DNA of 58,548 bases, counting the filler, from Sphacelaria rigidula (taxonomy: Eukaryota), in assembly GCA_964200075.2 (NCBI GenBank). It is 8 parts of 8 records of this genome, joined end to end, with 100 filler letters (N's around TTAATTAATTAA, not from the genome) between each part and the next. Parts side by side here need not be neighbours in the genome. Positions count along the whole stretch, not along the records: positions 36,657 to 43,887 come from CAXNAA020015852.1; positions 43,988 to 51,218 come from CAXNAA020015853.1; 6 more parts are not named here. The stretch is one strand, 5' to 3'. How positions within the stretch are numbered: position 1 is the stretch's first letter; every line of letters starts with the position of its first letter. This document shows, in pieces, positions 37,742-50,675 of this stretch. Made by a program: the position numbers and the translations under genes. Below the pieces are notes generated by a model. That model saw only the letters and a list, made by a program, of their open reading frames with translations. It searched no databases and was not told where the DNA came from.

Positions 37742-40700
37742 TTATAACAGCACCAAGTCTTCGCTCAAAAACGTCACGGCAACTCTGCCGAACCGATCAA
37801 AAGATCGCATCAGGGGAGTCATACAAAAGCACTGCCGGTAGCTCCGCATGTCCATTTCGCATCCCACGAGGTTGTCTTTGGGGTGCCTGATTACGCTGCC
37901 CACGAGGCGATCCACCGTCCTGCAGTCGATTACCTGGTTCTCGAGTTCATTTACGAGAGTAACCGTAAAAGCAAAAGCATCACAGCCCATTACGTTCACA
38001 GAGCGCAAGAAGCTTTTCTTCCTTGCGTGATTCTGCTCGTAGGTATTGAGGTTGACGCCCGCCAACTCGTCGAACCTCTCTAGCTCACCAAACAAAGCTC
38101 GACGTTGCGGGCCGTGATTTGTTTCGTGAGGTCCGTTGGGGGATAGGTACAGTAGTCCGGCGCACTTTCCGAGAACCGGAAGAGGTTGTCGAACGCGGGC
38201 GTTGCGGGCGGCTCGATGTTGAAGGGAAGGTCATGGTCTTCGACAAATCCCTCCTCCCTCACACTTTCCTCAGAATTAAAGCCGGATGGTGCAATCTGCA
38301 AGCACTTCACAGCGTGGTCGGGGGTCCCAAACCCAGCCGCATCACGTGGAATATGTACTGCGGGAGTAGCGACAGTAACAAACAGCAATTGCCAGCAGGA
38401 GAATAAATATAGAAGATGTAACGGAGAGGGCGCTGCTGAAAAGGGAGAACACTTCCTCATGTAAATCGTGAGGAAACGGGAAAAGCACGTCCCACGGGAA
38501 CCAAGGGTATACCCATGATCATGCATGCCATAGTCATAAGACCATTGCATGCATGATCGTGAGTATACCCTTGGTTCCCGTGGAACGTGCTTTTCCCAAG
38601 AGAGGGGCGTGAATAAATCTTGGCAAGTTTGAATACAATGAAAAAGAGGCGACCACAGCAATCAATGCCCGCACCTGCTTTATCTTTCATGCGGTCATCG
38701 GCGGGTTGTAGTCCGGCAGCGATGAAGTCCACCTTGGCCCGCCGAAAAAAATACGACAGGGATTGATGACTCTAGATCGACGACACAAATGACAAAAAAA
38801 TCCATCCTCGATCCGTGAAATCCCGTGTGAGGCCACGGTAGAGATAACAAAGAAACTGGCAATCATTCCCCTGATTTTTGTGTGTCTGATCGTTTGTAAT
38901 TTGAAATGCAATTCTGGTGAAGAAAAACTCCGTAACCACCGGGAAACGAATCATGCCCTGGAATGATTTCAACGAGCAGAGCAAGTCATTGCCAGGTTTC
39001 AACACGAGTCTAGCCCTCTTTGAAGGCGCGGGACGATGGAGAAAGGCGAAGGAGGTAGCTCTTGACAACATTTGGTTTTAAACATAGAAAATTAATGTCG
39101 TTGGAGTATTTTGGAGACGTTTCTCCCTCGAGGAAACGTCTTGTACTACGGGGGCCACGGGGGCCACCAATTTCACCAAAAAAAGCGGCATGTGCGGTCT
39201 CACGGGACCAGCATCGACCTGAAAATATGCACGTACGCTCCCGACGTCAATGCGCTGAAAAGCGATTGTCGAAATATTCGATGTACGTACGCCTTGTTGC
39301 GACATACCAAAACGTCTGTCTCAATGTTGAACGGGGTATGGTCTGTTTTTTTCACTCATGTCGGGAACCTCTTAGTGTTTTGATGCTTCATGATATCAAT
39401 CACTTCGGAATCTTCATCATTTCGCACTGTCGAACACGGGCCATGCAAAGGTGGGTTGCACACCCGGAACTCATAAAGCTGGGCCAGCGCGCAGAGTAAT
39501 TAGACTGTGGCGATTGCTTACCTCACCGTATGCGAGTAGTGCTGCATATCCTTCATCGTTGACTATTTTCATTTCACGGTCGACGGAGTCGGGGACCAAG
39601 GCCTCAACAGAAAAGCCGTGCAAGCTGGGTAGAGTCGGTGCTCCACTAATACCCATCGCACCAGTAGCTGTCGCCAACACCTGGCGGAGAAACCTTGTTG
39701 TTTTATCTTAATCGCTCCGGGGACGACTCTCCCCGTCGCCCCCACCGATCGCCCAGCAATCCTTCATTCTCGCCTCCGTGACCCTGCACACCTCCATCAG
39801 AACTACAGCTGTTTCATACAAGCTGAGGAAGTACAGTCCCTCTTCGTGCAATCGTCTCCAGCTGTTGACTACGGTGTCGCGAACGGCGACGGCCCACCTA
39901 TCCGCCGTATTTTCACTTGCTTCGTGAAGGAGACTGAGGAAGTCCAAACCGGGCTGGTGTGAGGCCGAGGGGCTCGCGCGGTGGGAGAGATCGTACACAT
40001 CAGCGACGGCCTTTTGCCGATGGTCGGGTGGTCGAATCATAGGTTCGCAAGGCGCCACGGGGTGGGTGTGGCACCCATGTTGGCCAGAGCAGGAATCGAA
40101 ACTTTGCGCAGTTTGCGGTGGATCAACCGCACGTCCTCTGACCCTGCAGCGGTGCTCTCACTACCCGTCGTGCTGTCTTCATCTCCCGCCTCAACTCGGG
40201 GCAGGGCCCCTCCGTTTTCGAGCAAGTGCGGACAGCTCTTCTGCATGATCGTTTGCACCATACACGGTGTGTCTGTCATGAGTACAACGGGTGGAACCTG
40301 AGGTTGTAGAGAACCAAAACGGCAATCATAACGCAAACCACGGGTTGGGTCACAATGAATAATTTCTGGCAGACAATTGTATCTTTCGAGTCGCCGGCAT
40401 ACCCCGAACCCCTCACTTGTATGCATGCTCGTGAATCGCTAGTACCAATTTGTAGCGATTACGGTATGAGATGCAACGAAACGCGACTCACCAGCAGGTG
40501 TTTCACCATTTCCACAACATCTTTTGCGCCCTCCGCCCTCCAAAAAAACATGTGCGCGACCTGAATCCCGTCGGTCGTGTGCAACCCTTCCACATTCGAT
40601 GTCGCCGCTGACCCGCGTCCCAAGAAAATTTCGAACACTCTTCGCTGCCTCTGGTACGTCAGATGAAATGCGACTGGAGTCGCTTGAAGATATCCACAAG

Positions 40701-43490
40701 CATTGCCTTCGTTGTGTAGCTGGAAACAAGAACGCCAGGGCCGTGAGGTTCGCTTAGGGAAAATGACAGTCACAACCGAAGAGATGGAAGCATCGCATTG
40801 ACATACTACAGCGTAGCAAAGACGGTCATGTTGGAGATTTTGGCTGCAATGGAAACAATCGCGTCAAATTATTCGGAGTTGTGAAGGCAAATTTGATAAT
40901 ATTCTACATAGACCTTGAAACGACTGTTGACGATGGGTGATGCGTAAATCAACGCACAAGCATAGGAAACGCGTGACTCTCAGGTACATTGCTAAACTCA
41001 CGAACTCAAGCCAGCCTTCCCTCTGAAGTATCGGACGTAGAGACGATCGAGGTCGTCCTTCATCATATCGTCGAGGATCGCTGCTCCCTCCCCAGAGTCA
41101 CGCAAATAATTCACGAGGGCCTCACCGTCGCCGCTCTCTACCGAACCAGCCTGCGTGGTAACCCCCGAAGCGCCCAAGTGGAATATATCTGACTTCCGGT
41201 TATAAGGGCTGAAATTGACCGAGGTTTTTGTCACAAACTGGTATCGCCGACCGAACATCACTGAACTCATCATACTGAGCTTGAGCTGCTGCACACCGAG
41301 GTCCATATCTATGACCATTTCTTCTCGTGCGTGCAACAGCAGTGCTGCCGATACGTTGTCGGTCGCCAACTTGTTACATCCATCGCAGGTTTGTAGTCCA
41401 GGGTAATGGTCGTCCATGAAACTTCGATAGTCGCATGGGTGATCGGTCATGGCCTCGAAGGCCAGGTAGCAATCTTTCAGCTGTTGCACAAGGCCGTCGC
41501 TAATGCCGTTTGGCATGGGGAAAAGGAAAACAAGGCGTGCACAGAGGAATGACAAATAGCGACGGGTTGGCCAAGGAGCCGGGAAGTCAATATGTTGCCC
41601 TCCTTGCCCTTTCCCCCAACAGTCGTCCTGGGTATTTTATACCCGCGGACAGGCGAAAACCATAACCCAAAACGAAGGGTGAACGCACGGCTGGACCAAC
41701 CTCCGCGGAAAATTATTGCGATACAACTCATATACGTGCTCATCTCTGCGAGAGTCCGGGATTTGCCTTCACCCAATCGCGGTTGTTCGTGGGCGCCCGC
41801 GCGATCTCCTCAAAGACGGACTTCAAGGGCACGCCCATCATGTACCGCTCCCTTGCGCACAGGAGGAGACGCATGTCCACCAACAGCTTGTTGTTGAAAT
41901 TAAGCATAACGGTCCTTCTCCAGTCGTCTCTCGCCCATGGACGTGCACAACAACGTGTGCACTGCCTCATCTCGACCTCCACGCGGCGGACAGCCGCTCC
42001 GGTGTTCCCCTATGCGGGATGGGTGGGGCAAGCGAACACGAGACCACGATGTAACGTTTAATTCACAAAACATACAAAACAAGGCGTACCGTCAATGATC
42101 CAGTCGGATGTTGCATAACTCAAGTGTTGAGCTTCAAGGCAACATGGATGCCAATGACGTGCATGGTTCGGCGCCAAAGTATCCCTGGTGCATGCTTGCT
42201 GAGTACGCATGCTTTGCCATGCACACCACACGCTTTCTGGAATACATGAGGCACAATATCAAGGTTCCGAGTTCAAACACTCGTGACAATACACCTGCAG
42301 TCGGTTTGCCTCCCTCTCTATGGGCGCCATACTTGTGTAAACGCTAGGGCGATCTCGTCGGCGAGCGGCTGATAGAGCAGCGCGCATCGTGTGCACCTCC
42401 TTTACATTGTGTGGGATGAGTTGAAAGATGGAGCGGTTTAACTTTACAACCCCTGTCAATTTCGGTGTTGTTCTGAGGTGATTGTACAGACGCCGCGACA
42501 GTCAGTACAGACAGCAGAGCATCGGAAGCTAGCTTTGACCAGGTTTGTCGGGCGTACTGCCGCCGGCGTGGCTTGAAAGCCACAAGATGTTCGCGGTCGG
42601 CGGTTGATGGCGTGAGTCGCAAATGCAACGACAAGCGGTTGATTATAGAGCACTCTTCTTTCACGTGAAACATATCTCGCCCCACCTTGTAATGAATGAC
42701 CTCCTCACTTGGGAATTGTCGAAAGCTACCGCGACACACGCAGCGGGTGGGTGGGTGTTCAAGATTGCAGCATAGAAGCACCCCCGTGCGACACGCCAGC
42801 AACAGTTAGGTCATCGCCGTAGGTGTCTTTTTTCACTCCGGATAACAAGAAGGTCTTTACAAGTGTTTGATCCTTCATACATCCTCCCAAATGGCGTGTG
42901 GCATGTTCTTGTCGTCGCGCACGCACAGGAACGAGTACACATGTCGGGTAAAATCAACAATGAGAACACCCCCCGAGTTGCGGTTGGATCTGAAATTGCC
43001 TCAGCACCGTCCTTGCTGGCATGTGTTTCACAGAGAACAGTAGCGGGGACGGGAACATCGCCCTGCTTTTCAACAACGTGTTCTGCAGCGCACAGAGGCG
43101 CGTCCTGTCCAAAAGAGAGGCAGAGAGGAATCGATATTTGCATTGGTAAGCTCCACAGACAAGAAGAGACGGCACCTACACCTCGGCACCTCGATGTTCT
43201 TCGGGGGCCTGTGCAGCAATAACCTGCCTACCGGCACATGGAAAATTGGGTAAATAAATCCTAATGACATGCATGATGCCAGTTTCTCGAGCAATTGGGA
43301 ATCGCCGAGCGAGGACACACGAAGGGTACGGGCAAGGAACTTCCTCTCTGCTATTACTCTTCCGGTGGTATCGTCATCGACACGCGCGTACACCGAATTC
43401 GTTTGGTGCACCTAGCCATAACTGCTTGACTGCTGCAGATTTTTTGGGAGGACGATGGTTTTCCCTGGTGTAACTATTTGGCGCCATTCC
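37742..43490 (-). mobile_element. Intron-containing, decayed KDZ (Kyakuja-Dileera-Zisupton) transposase of the HMGXB3/CxC4 type
   Basis: Collinear motifs recalled from HMGXB3-like transposases: SWIM-like CVC..IHYKV; CxC4-like LIP..QVYCHEC, DDW..LNFNNKLL and CYLAFEAMTDH; catalytic region VFEIFLG..DGIQVAHMFFWRAEGAKDVVEM|VPPVVLMTD; KVSIPAL; HETNH..ELAGVNLNTYEQ..RSVNVM. Clean GT-AG intron at 40491-40298. In-frame TAG at 43412-43414 and several frameshifts. Confidence 0.8.
38478..38597. repeat. 120-bp near-perfect hairpin (58-bp arms, ATAA loop) containing the 5' end of repeat A
   Basis: Left gggaaaagcacgtcccacgggaaccaagggtatacccatgatcatgcatgccatagtc versus the reverse complement of the right arm: 5 mismatches. 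Confidence 0.95.
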
Positions 43491-44916
43491 TGCGAAAAAA
43501 ACATTATGCCGCTTGAAACCCATTGTAGTGTTCGACCCCAGAAATTAGGGCGTGTCTTAGGCCAACTCTTATGAGAGCGTTTGTAATTTTATTTTGCAAC
43601 AATTTAAGAGGAGTTTTTTTTTTCTTTGTCATCATGGTGAACGGGCACAAAATACACAACCACGGCAAAGAAGAAGAAAAAAATGTCGTTTAAAATTATT
43701 GCAAAATAAATTTCTAAACGTTCCCATAATAAGAGTTGGCCTTGGCACTTTTTTTTCGATCGAAAAAGTGCGATCGAAAAAAAGTTGTCCTATCTGATAG
43801 GTGCACCGCATTTATGTTCCTCGAAGGCTTCAACTCAAAATTATAACTAGCGGCGCGCGGAGAAGAATGCAACGAGTGAAAAAATAGNNNNNNNNNNNNN
43901 NNNNNNNNNNNNNNNNNNNNNNNNNNNNNNNTTAATTAATTAANNNNNNNNNNNNNNNNNNNNNNNNNNNNNNNNNNNNNNNNNNNNGTACTCATACTCA
44001 TTTGTTGCTTGCCTCAGTGGTTTGACCATTGACCACGCATCCCTTTCGAGACGGGGGGGAAGAGGGGCGGGGGAGTGCCGATGAATACTTTTGGGCGTAT
44101 GTGGCAACGCTCCATACTTTGCTGGGGTGGACAACTTTTGTCCCGCGTACCTGGAAGTCGTTGCGAGGTTGTCCCATGCGTACGTGACGTACCCTGATAC
44201 CTTGCACATACCGTGATAGCCTTACCAGAGCTTGACAGGTGGCGAAAACACGCTTCATGATATCTCCCTGGCCACAAGTGAATCATTTATTTTTGCCGAT
44301 CACATGGTTGTCACGAAGAAAAGTTGAGCTGGGTCAGTAACACGCTCCGTCCCTCTCGTCGGAGAACGCTTTACACCTGTAAATCGCTAGGCAGCACTGT
44401 AGTGCACTCATCCTCAGTTCACCAAAGCGACATATCGGGACCCCCCATTGGATTGGGCCATCATATCTACGGTACATTAGGAGAAAGTAATTGGCCATCG
44501 GGATCGTTCTAGTTACAGCGTGGCTCCATTGTCTCGAGGGAACATGATTACGACCCAACACTGACTAAGGCAGTCAGAGCACGGGTAATCTCCCACCCAA
44601 TAATAGAACGAAAAACTAACACGCTCTCGAAGACGCCTCGTCAACGGTTCAACAGCTGAAGTTCAAAACACCATGAGTACTATCCGAAAGAGTTGAAGAC
44701 GTGAACCCATCAAGATTTACTAGTGTGGCGGCTCTTGTTTTGAGATGTTGACACGCTCTCTCTCACACACACACATACACACCTTCGCATAGATGAGAAC
44801 CTATTTGAACCGTGCTAGTAGTCGCCGACTCGCCAGGGGTAGGCAGGTCAATATTAGGATGTTTCATCTCACCCCCTACACACACATTTCGCTTCCGACA
44901 CCCCGCACTGGTATAG

Positions 44917-47900
44917 GTCCGACGGCGGCACCTCTCGATCCTCATCCTCATCACGTTCCTCATCTATTCTTCAGCATCTTCGGCGATATTCCAGACGTTC
45001 GCGTGCGACCCGCTGGATACCAAGCGTACCTACCTCCGGGCAGACTATCGACTGGAATGTCACGCACGCAACAATACGAACGCCGTGCACCGGGCCTACA
45101 TGGTATACGCGGCGATCATGATCGTTGTGTATCCGATTGGCATCCCCGTACTGTACGCACTTTTGTTGTGGTGGGCGTGGCGACGAACGCCCCATCAACA
45201 GCAGCACCGGCGCTTAGATTCGATGTCGGATTTCGGAGCATATATTGAGCTCCATCATCGTCGTCGTCTATCGAACGACCTCCGAAATAGGAATAGTAGT
45301 TCCAGAGTACAAGGAAGGACGCCTTCGTGGATACAAACCCCGAGCGAAAATGACGCTGGTAATTTCCGGGAGGACGACGTGCCTGCCGCGCTTCGAGGTC
45401 AATCGCAACGGCAGAATTCAGCCGTGCGAGAGTACCAGTCTACGATGAGAGATCTCTGGCAGCCGTACAAGCAGGACCGACGCTTTTACGAGGTGTTGGA
45501 GTGTTCTCGCCGTGTGATGCTCACCGGAGTCGTTGTGTTTATTTACCCCGGCACTGCGGCACAGATCAGCACTACGTTTCTACTGGCGTTGGTTTTTTAT
45601 GCGATGTCTGAAGCCCTCGACCCGTACGAGGATGAACGCGACTGCTGGATGTCGAGGTGAGGTCGTCCTACGATACCGGGTAGGTTTCAACATTGTGGGT
45701 AAGGGTGTTACTGCATGTGAGATCTCGAATACAACATAATTTCAGTGCTTCCCCTCCCGAACACTCCAAGCCGCCGAGCTATAGCGCGAGGAGGCAGAGA
45801 CGGCTGTGTTACGACGCACTGGACTCTAGGGCGTACGAGTTGTGCTCTCTGCTTCACCATGATACACGACCACCCATACTCATGCGCGGGTCTACATCTG
45901 TCCTTCATTCTCACACGAGGGTACAGTGTAGCCCACTGCCCGGATAGGGGGTGGTCAGTTCAAATTCCATGGCGGCGAGCGGGACCCAACGTCCAGATCG
46001 TGACAACAGTCGATATATGATTCCTTGAAATCGCGAAGGGTTAATATACTACCCTACACTCGCAATCAACGTATTAATCGTAAGAACGGTTCTGGAATTC
46101 ATGGCATTATGTGCGACGTGTAATCATAACCTTACTCTCAATGTACAGCGGCGCATTAATGATAGGAATGTTCTGATGGTTAATATCCTCATTCATTGCC
46201 CTTTTTATTGTTGTTCCAGGGGAACGGATCGTTCCGTACTATTACTTGTAAGAGTAATGACTCTTGATTCAAATGTGTTCCGTACCCTCATTCGAATTAA
46301 CCCTTTGACCGTCAGCGTAGGTGATATGTTGAATCGTCATCACTTCACCTGACATTGAGAAACGGAAGGGTTTCATGCATGTATAGAAGCGCATAAAAAC
46401 AATCGTGTTCCTGTTCAAAACCCACTCTAAATCAAAATCTATACTTTGAATCTGGCAAAAAAAAAAAGTGTTTTTTTCATTCCTTCCACACGTTGAGTCG
46501 TGTGCATCGAGCCACTGCACGATGGGGGGCGAATACGGAAAAAGGTGGCAGTGATATGTGGACTCGGAATATGAGCATCACCCTTGCTTTTCGTCATTTA
46601 TGATGGACGTGATGTGCACGCGATCATTCGGGGGTTCATGTTGTTTACAATTGGCATGCAATTTCGGGCCTTGTCATCCTCAAGAATTTACTCTGGAGCT
46701 TGTTCAGTATGTCAAGACGTGTCGGAGAGCGGTGAGGTGTCGCGCCTCTCAGTGGTCACGTATGGCACCCAGGCTAGAGTTTGTGCTTTCCATACTCGCT
46801 AGACTCCTACTCCACTGCGTGATTTGCTCGTTGAATGCATCATACCACTTCTAAAATAGAAACTGATTAGTTAAAATAGAATTTGATACAGGTGTCGATC
46901 TCAGGAGCGTCACGAAGTAAACCCTACACCGAAATTGGTGTAGTTCCGTCAGTGTATCCCGCGTCACCCCTATCCCGCAGTTATACTGACTGAAGGATTA
47001 CGTAGCATTTCAAACATTCGAGGTTAATACGGATGTATTATCTCCGAGTAGGTGCGCAAGCTCCAGGGGCACCACTGACGAATGTCCATGTGAGTCCCGC
47101 TCCACGAGTTGGATCAGCGAAGAACTCCTATTGGGGGTTGAAATATTTTTGCCCTGCGAAATTTCGGGGTTAGGAGTTGAATTTTTAGACGATATTTATA
47201 TTATCAAGACGCACAACGTAGCAAAAGTAGTCAAGAACAAAATAAAAAATAGAGAACGTTAGAGCGATTTGTTTTCGTAAAACGAATATGTCATGACTTG
47301 ATGAAAAAAATACATTTGGCTACTTTTGTGAAGAATCTTTAGCTTGCGTGTAGACGGTCCTTGTACAAATTTGGTCCAATACTCCTAAAATTGAGCAGAG
47401 CATTCCACTTGTACGGCACCGCAGCATCCGGTAGTTGAAGTGGTACAGGGGGCTTCCTGCGGGGGGTAAGGTCGTGATTTGGAATCCCGACAGGTACTTT
47501 GCTTTGTAACAGTAGAGCGTGTCATCCGTAGGTTAATGTACAGTTCACAGTAGTATATTTACATCAGGCTGATTCAGGAAACTAAAGAGGATGTCGTGTA
47601 GAGGTTGTCGTGTGCCGGAGGAACATGGATTTTTTGGTTGACTCAGCTAGCAGCATTTCGGGTACAACGACGATTATACTAAACCGCAACGAGTATATAG
47701 AATACGATATGCCCTCCCTCGAAGGGGAAATGAAGCGAGGACACACGTTTTCACACGCATACACACACACCTTATTGAGCCACCGTCGGCGAGTTAGGAG
47801 GAGCAAGTGACCATCGGTGGTCGCCCTTCCGGAACCCGACCAAGGGTATGTGGCGACGGCCTACCCAGCGAAGGTATATGAATAATGACGATCGCCCCCC

Positions 47901-48225
47901 TCCTTCCCTCCACGCTATCGCCCAACGAATTCTCAGGTTCGGGCACCTGGTTGTGTTGCTAAGTATGTTCGTTGCTCTGTTGCAAAAGGTGGATATGAGC
48001 GATGAACATGGACCAGGACAGGCCATTTACGGTGTTGTTCTAGTTGCTGCCAACGTGTTAATGCTCGCCGCTATCGCTGGGGAGTCGTTATACTCAGTGT
48101 TCTCCCACATTGAAGACGACAGCAGCGTGTATTGCAATGGACTGGTCCGATGCTGGAGGCGCTGGAGAAGCACGGTCAAGGATGATGCTGCGGAGGGATT
48201 TGAATCGTTTGATGAACAAAATTGA
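44917..48225 (+). CDS. 3' end of a multi-pass membrane protein of the large brown-algal family often annotated 'polymorphic outer membrane protein'/TRP-like. Exons 44917-45656 and 47937-48225 (stop)
   Basis: TFLIYSSASSAIFQTFACD..YLRADYRLEC..YAAIMIVVYPIGIP..LWQPYK..FYEVLECSRRVMLTGVVVFIYPGTAAQI..DPY; the phase-2 intron joins MSR|FGH in frame. Confidence 0.88.
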
Positions 48226-48921
48226 GGCATGTCGCCTATGTTGGTTGGGAACGATGGCGCGAGTATTTGGGGTATGTGTGTGAATGTCTTGGTCACTGGG
48301 TGATGCCATCGGCAATCAACGTGCTGCGTGGTCGCTTGTCGTGCAAGTTCAAAATGCTACCGTCACCCGCTATCATTGCCTTCGTCGAGAACGCGTATCT
48401 TCATTTAAAACTAAAAATGATTCTCTGGGAGATGGTCGCATCTTCTTCCCGCCGTGACTGACTCGTGACGGCTGTCGTATTTATCTCGCAGTAACTGACA
48501 TGGTAATGATATATACTGTTGGCGTTCTGCGAATTAACGACTGTGTGCTGCTTTCATACGATGTCGTCGTGCATGGTGGTAGATTCGACGGGTCGGGTTT
48601 CCGAGTCATGCTAGGATGGGGGGTGTACTCATGATCATGCATGCCACAGTCAGAAGACCATTGACCTCGCATCCCTACAATGCGAGGGCGGAGCACGCCG
48701 GGGTTTCGGAGGGGGTTATTTTGGGCCGTTTTCTTCCACGAAATTTCACTTAAACCGCCGTTGAAAGCAGCCGGCAGTTGTTCGAACGAACTTGCTTCCG
48801 ATAAATAACGCTCGTTCATACTGGTTGACACCGCTTTCACCCAAATGCAAGCGCACCGCGAGTGTTTCAGGTCGTTGGTTGCATCTACGAGCACATTTTC
48901 CCGTGAAACCGAACACCCCCC

Positions 48922-49084
48922 CCCCTACCGTAGCATGTGTCTTCCGGCAATATGCAGTATCACGTCCGAGACTTTCCGCTTCAAGTCTCAAGTCTTGAGT
49001 CGTAACTCGTAACTCGTAAGTCGTGAAAGTGTCGCCTCGTCTTGCACGCGTGATGTATTCTTCTCAAGCAATGCTACGGTAGGG
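48922..49084. mobile_element. Small element with TIR CCCTACCGTAGCAT; the same motif occurs at 11199-11217(-) and 29367-29387(+)
   Basis: ccctaccgtagcat ... atgctacggtaggg; the 11.2-kb and 29.3-kb copies also share flanking gcccctgaaccaga.aa.attt.gcg.aaaaa. Confidence 0.55.
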
Positions 49085-49139
49085 CACGGGGGCGGAGGAG
49101 CCAGACTTCTAGGGGTAGCTTTAGGCAGCAGCACATAGT

Positions 49140-50675
49140 AGAAATACATCAAGATCTGTCCAGGTGCGTCCGTGTTGCTGAGATTTTCGCGATCAATGGT
49201 GTATTGCACGGTTTCTTCAATTCCAATGTAGGCCTCGGGGTCTAGGCAATGTGTAGCTTCAGCAGAAGGCTGCATTACCTTCGTACAAGTCTTGTTGAGC
49301 GACGAGATTGTGCTACCCATTTTACACGCGATGCTTATTAGAATGGCCCGTCAAACAATATTCCAGAGCTATTTTGATCGCAGTACCGCTTACGTCAGAA
49401 GCCGTTGCCGTTTACGGGATTCTCAATGTCTGCTTTGATATGCACGGATGATATCGATGCGGTAAAATGTACGCTGTCTCGAATCATGGACGGGCGAGTT
49501 TCTTGTGAGCTCCTTACAACTGATAGTGAGAGCAATCCACAAGTATCGGTTGATCATATATAGTATATGCGCATTATACGCGGACAGCTCTGCGGGTTGG
49601 TTGAGGCTGTGTCCTGCTTGTAATGTTTTTTGGGGGGGGGGACATTGTTGTCCTCAAAGCGGTGGTGCATGCAAAAAAAAATTCCGTCATATAGGGTAAT
49701 TCAGACATTGCCCACCATCCCTCATTCCCTGTATATGGGGCGTGTTGTCTTTATTGCCACAAGCCTGAGAGGTATGGGTTTGGCCCGCTAGTGTTGAGGG
49801 TGTTATCACATACTTTCTTGTTTATGTGTATCTTGCGAGTGATGAGTGACCACGCCACGCAATGTATGAAAATGTATTATATTAATGATATGTTGAGACG
49901 TGTTTGTCTTCTATTGCTTGTCTGTGTGGAACTCAATGTTGTGCTGGAAACGTTTTTCTGCGTGTGGTTTGCCGCACTACATTGTTTTGGGGTAAGTGGT
50001 GTGAAGTGTCCAATTTTGTTGCTGGCTCTTACTATTAGTAGTATGACCCATAGAAATCCGTCTAAGGTCATGCAGTGTGACGCGCGTCGTTCTACTAGGT
50101 AGTCGGCGGAAAGAGTGATGAATGTCGTCGGTAACAGTAGTGCCTGTGGATGCCGTCGTTGATAGTATTGTTCGTGCAGTGGCAGACACGGGTCAGTTAC
50201 GGGTATATTTCGTACCCTTGTTTTGAACCAATGATAAGCAAAGCGGCTGTTGCTTAGTGTGCGTAGGATAAAATGCGCCGCGATGAATGCTTCATCAGCG
50301 ATATAGTGGATCAATATGGTACGCTTGATGAGCCACACTCAAACTCGGTGTAGCGTGTATGCCTGCAAGCACAATGATGGTTATGAAGATGGGTTTGTGA
50401 GGTATGTTTTCCTTGCACCCTCCTCCTTCTGAGGGGGGCGATCTGTCTGTGTGAAGTGCACACTTTTTTTATTCATGTCATATTGCGAAGTATACCTTGT
50501 TTCCGGGCAATCTCCAGCATACTCAAATGTGTCTGGTTTCGATATTACCATGTGTAATTGAATAGGCTCGCGCTCTGTCATGAACAAGATTGATGCAGGA
50601 TATAGTGCGGCACAAGTAGCATCAACCATGTTGCGGTTGCGGAGGAGTAGGTAACCAATCGCAGGAATAATGCCT
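49140..50675 (-). pseudogene. Possible decayed spliced gene or TE ORF of unknown family
   Basis: Exon-like segments cag|GIIPAIGYLLLRNRNMVD..QLHM|gt and cag|AYTLHRV*VWLIKRT..HWFKTR|gt, the second with an internal stop. Confidence 0.3.

Noticed and set aside
40298-40426. 'LPEIIHCDPTRGL' as the KDZ catalytic Asp motif
   Set aside because: It lies within the GT-AG intron 40491-40298; spliced VPPVVLMTD fits better.
36657-48225. Functional linkage of the KDZ element with the neighbouring membrane-protein gene
   Set aside because: They are separated by an artificial linker, so the adjacency is not genomic. I recognised no TET/JBP cargo gene in contig 6.
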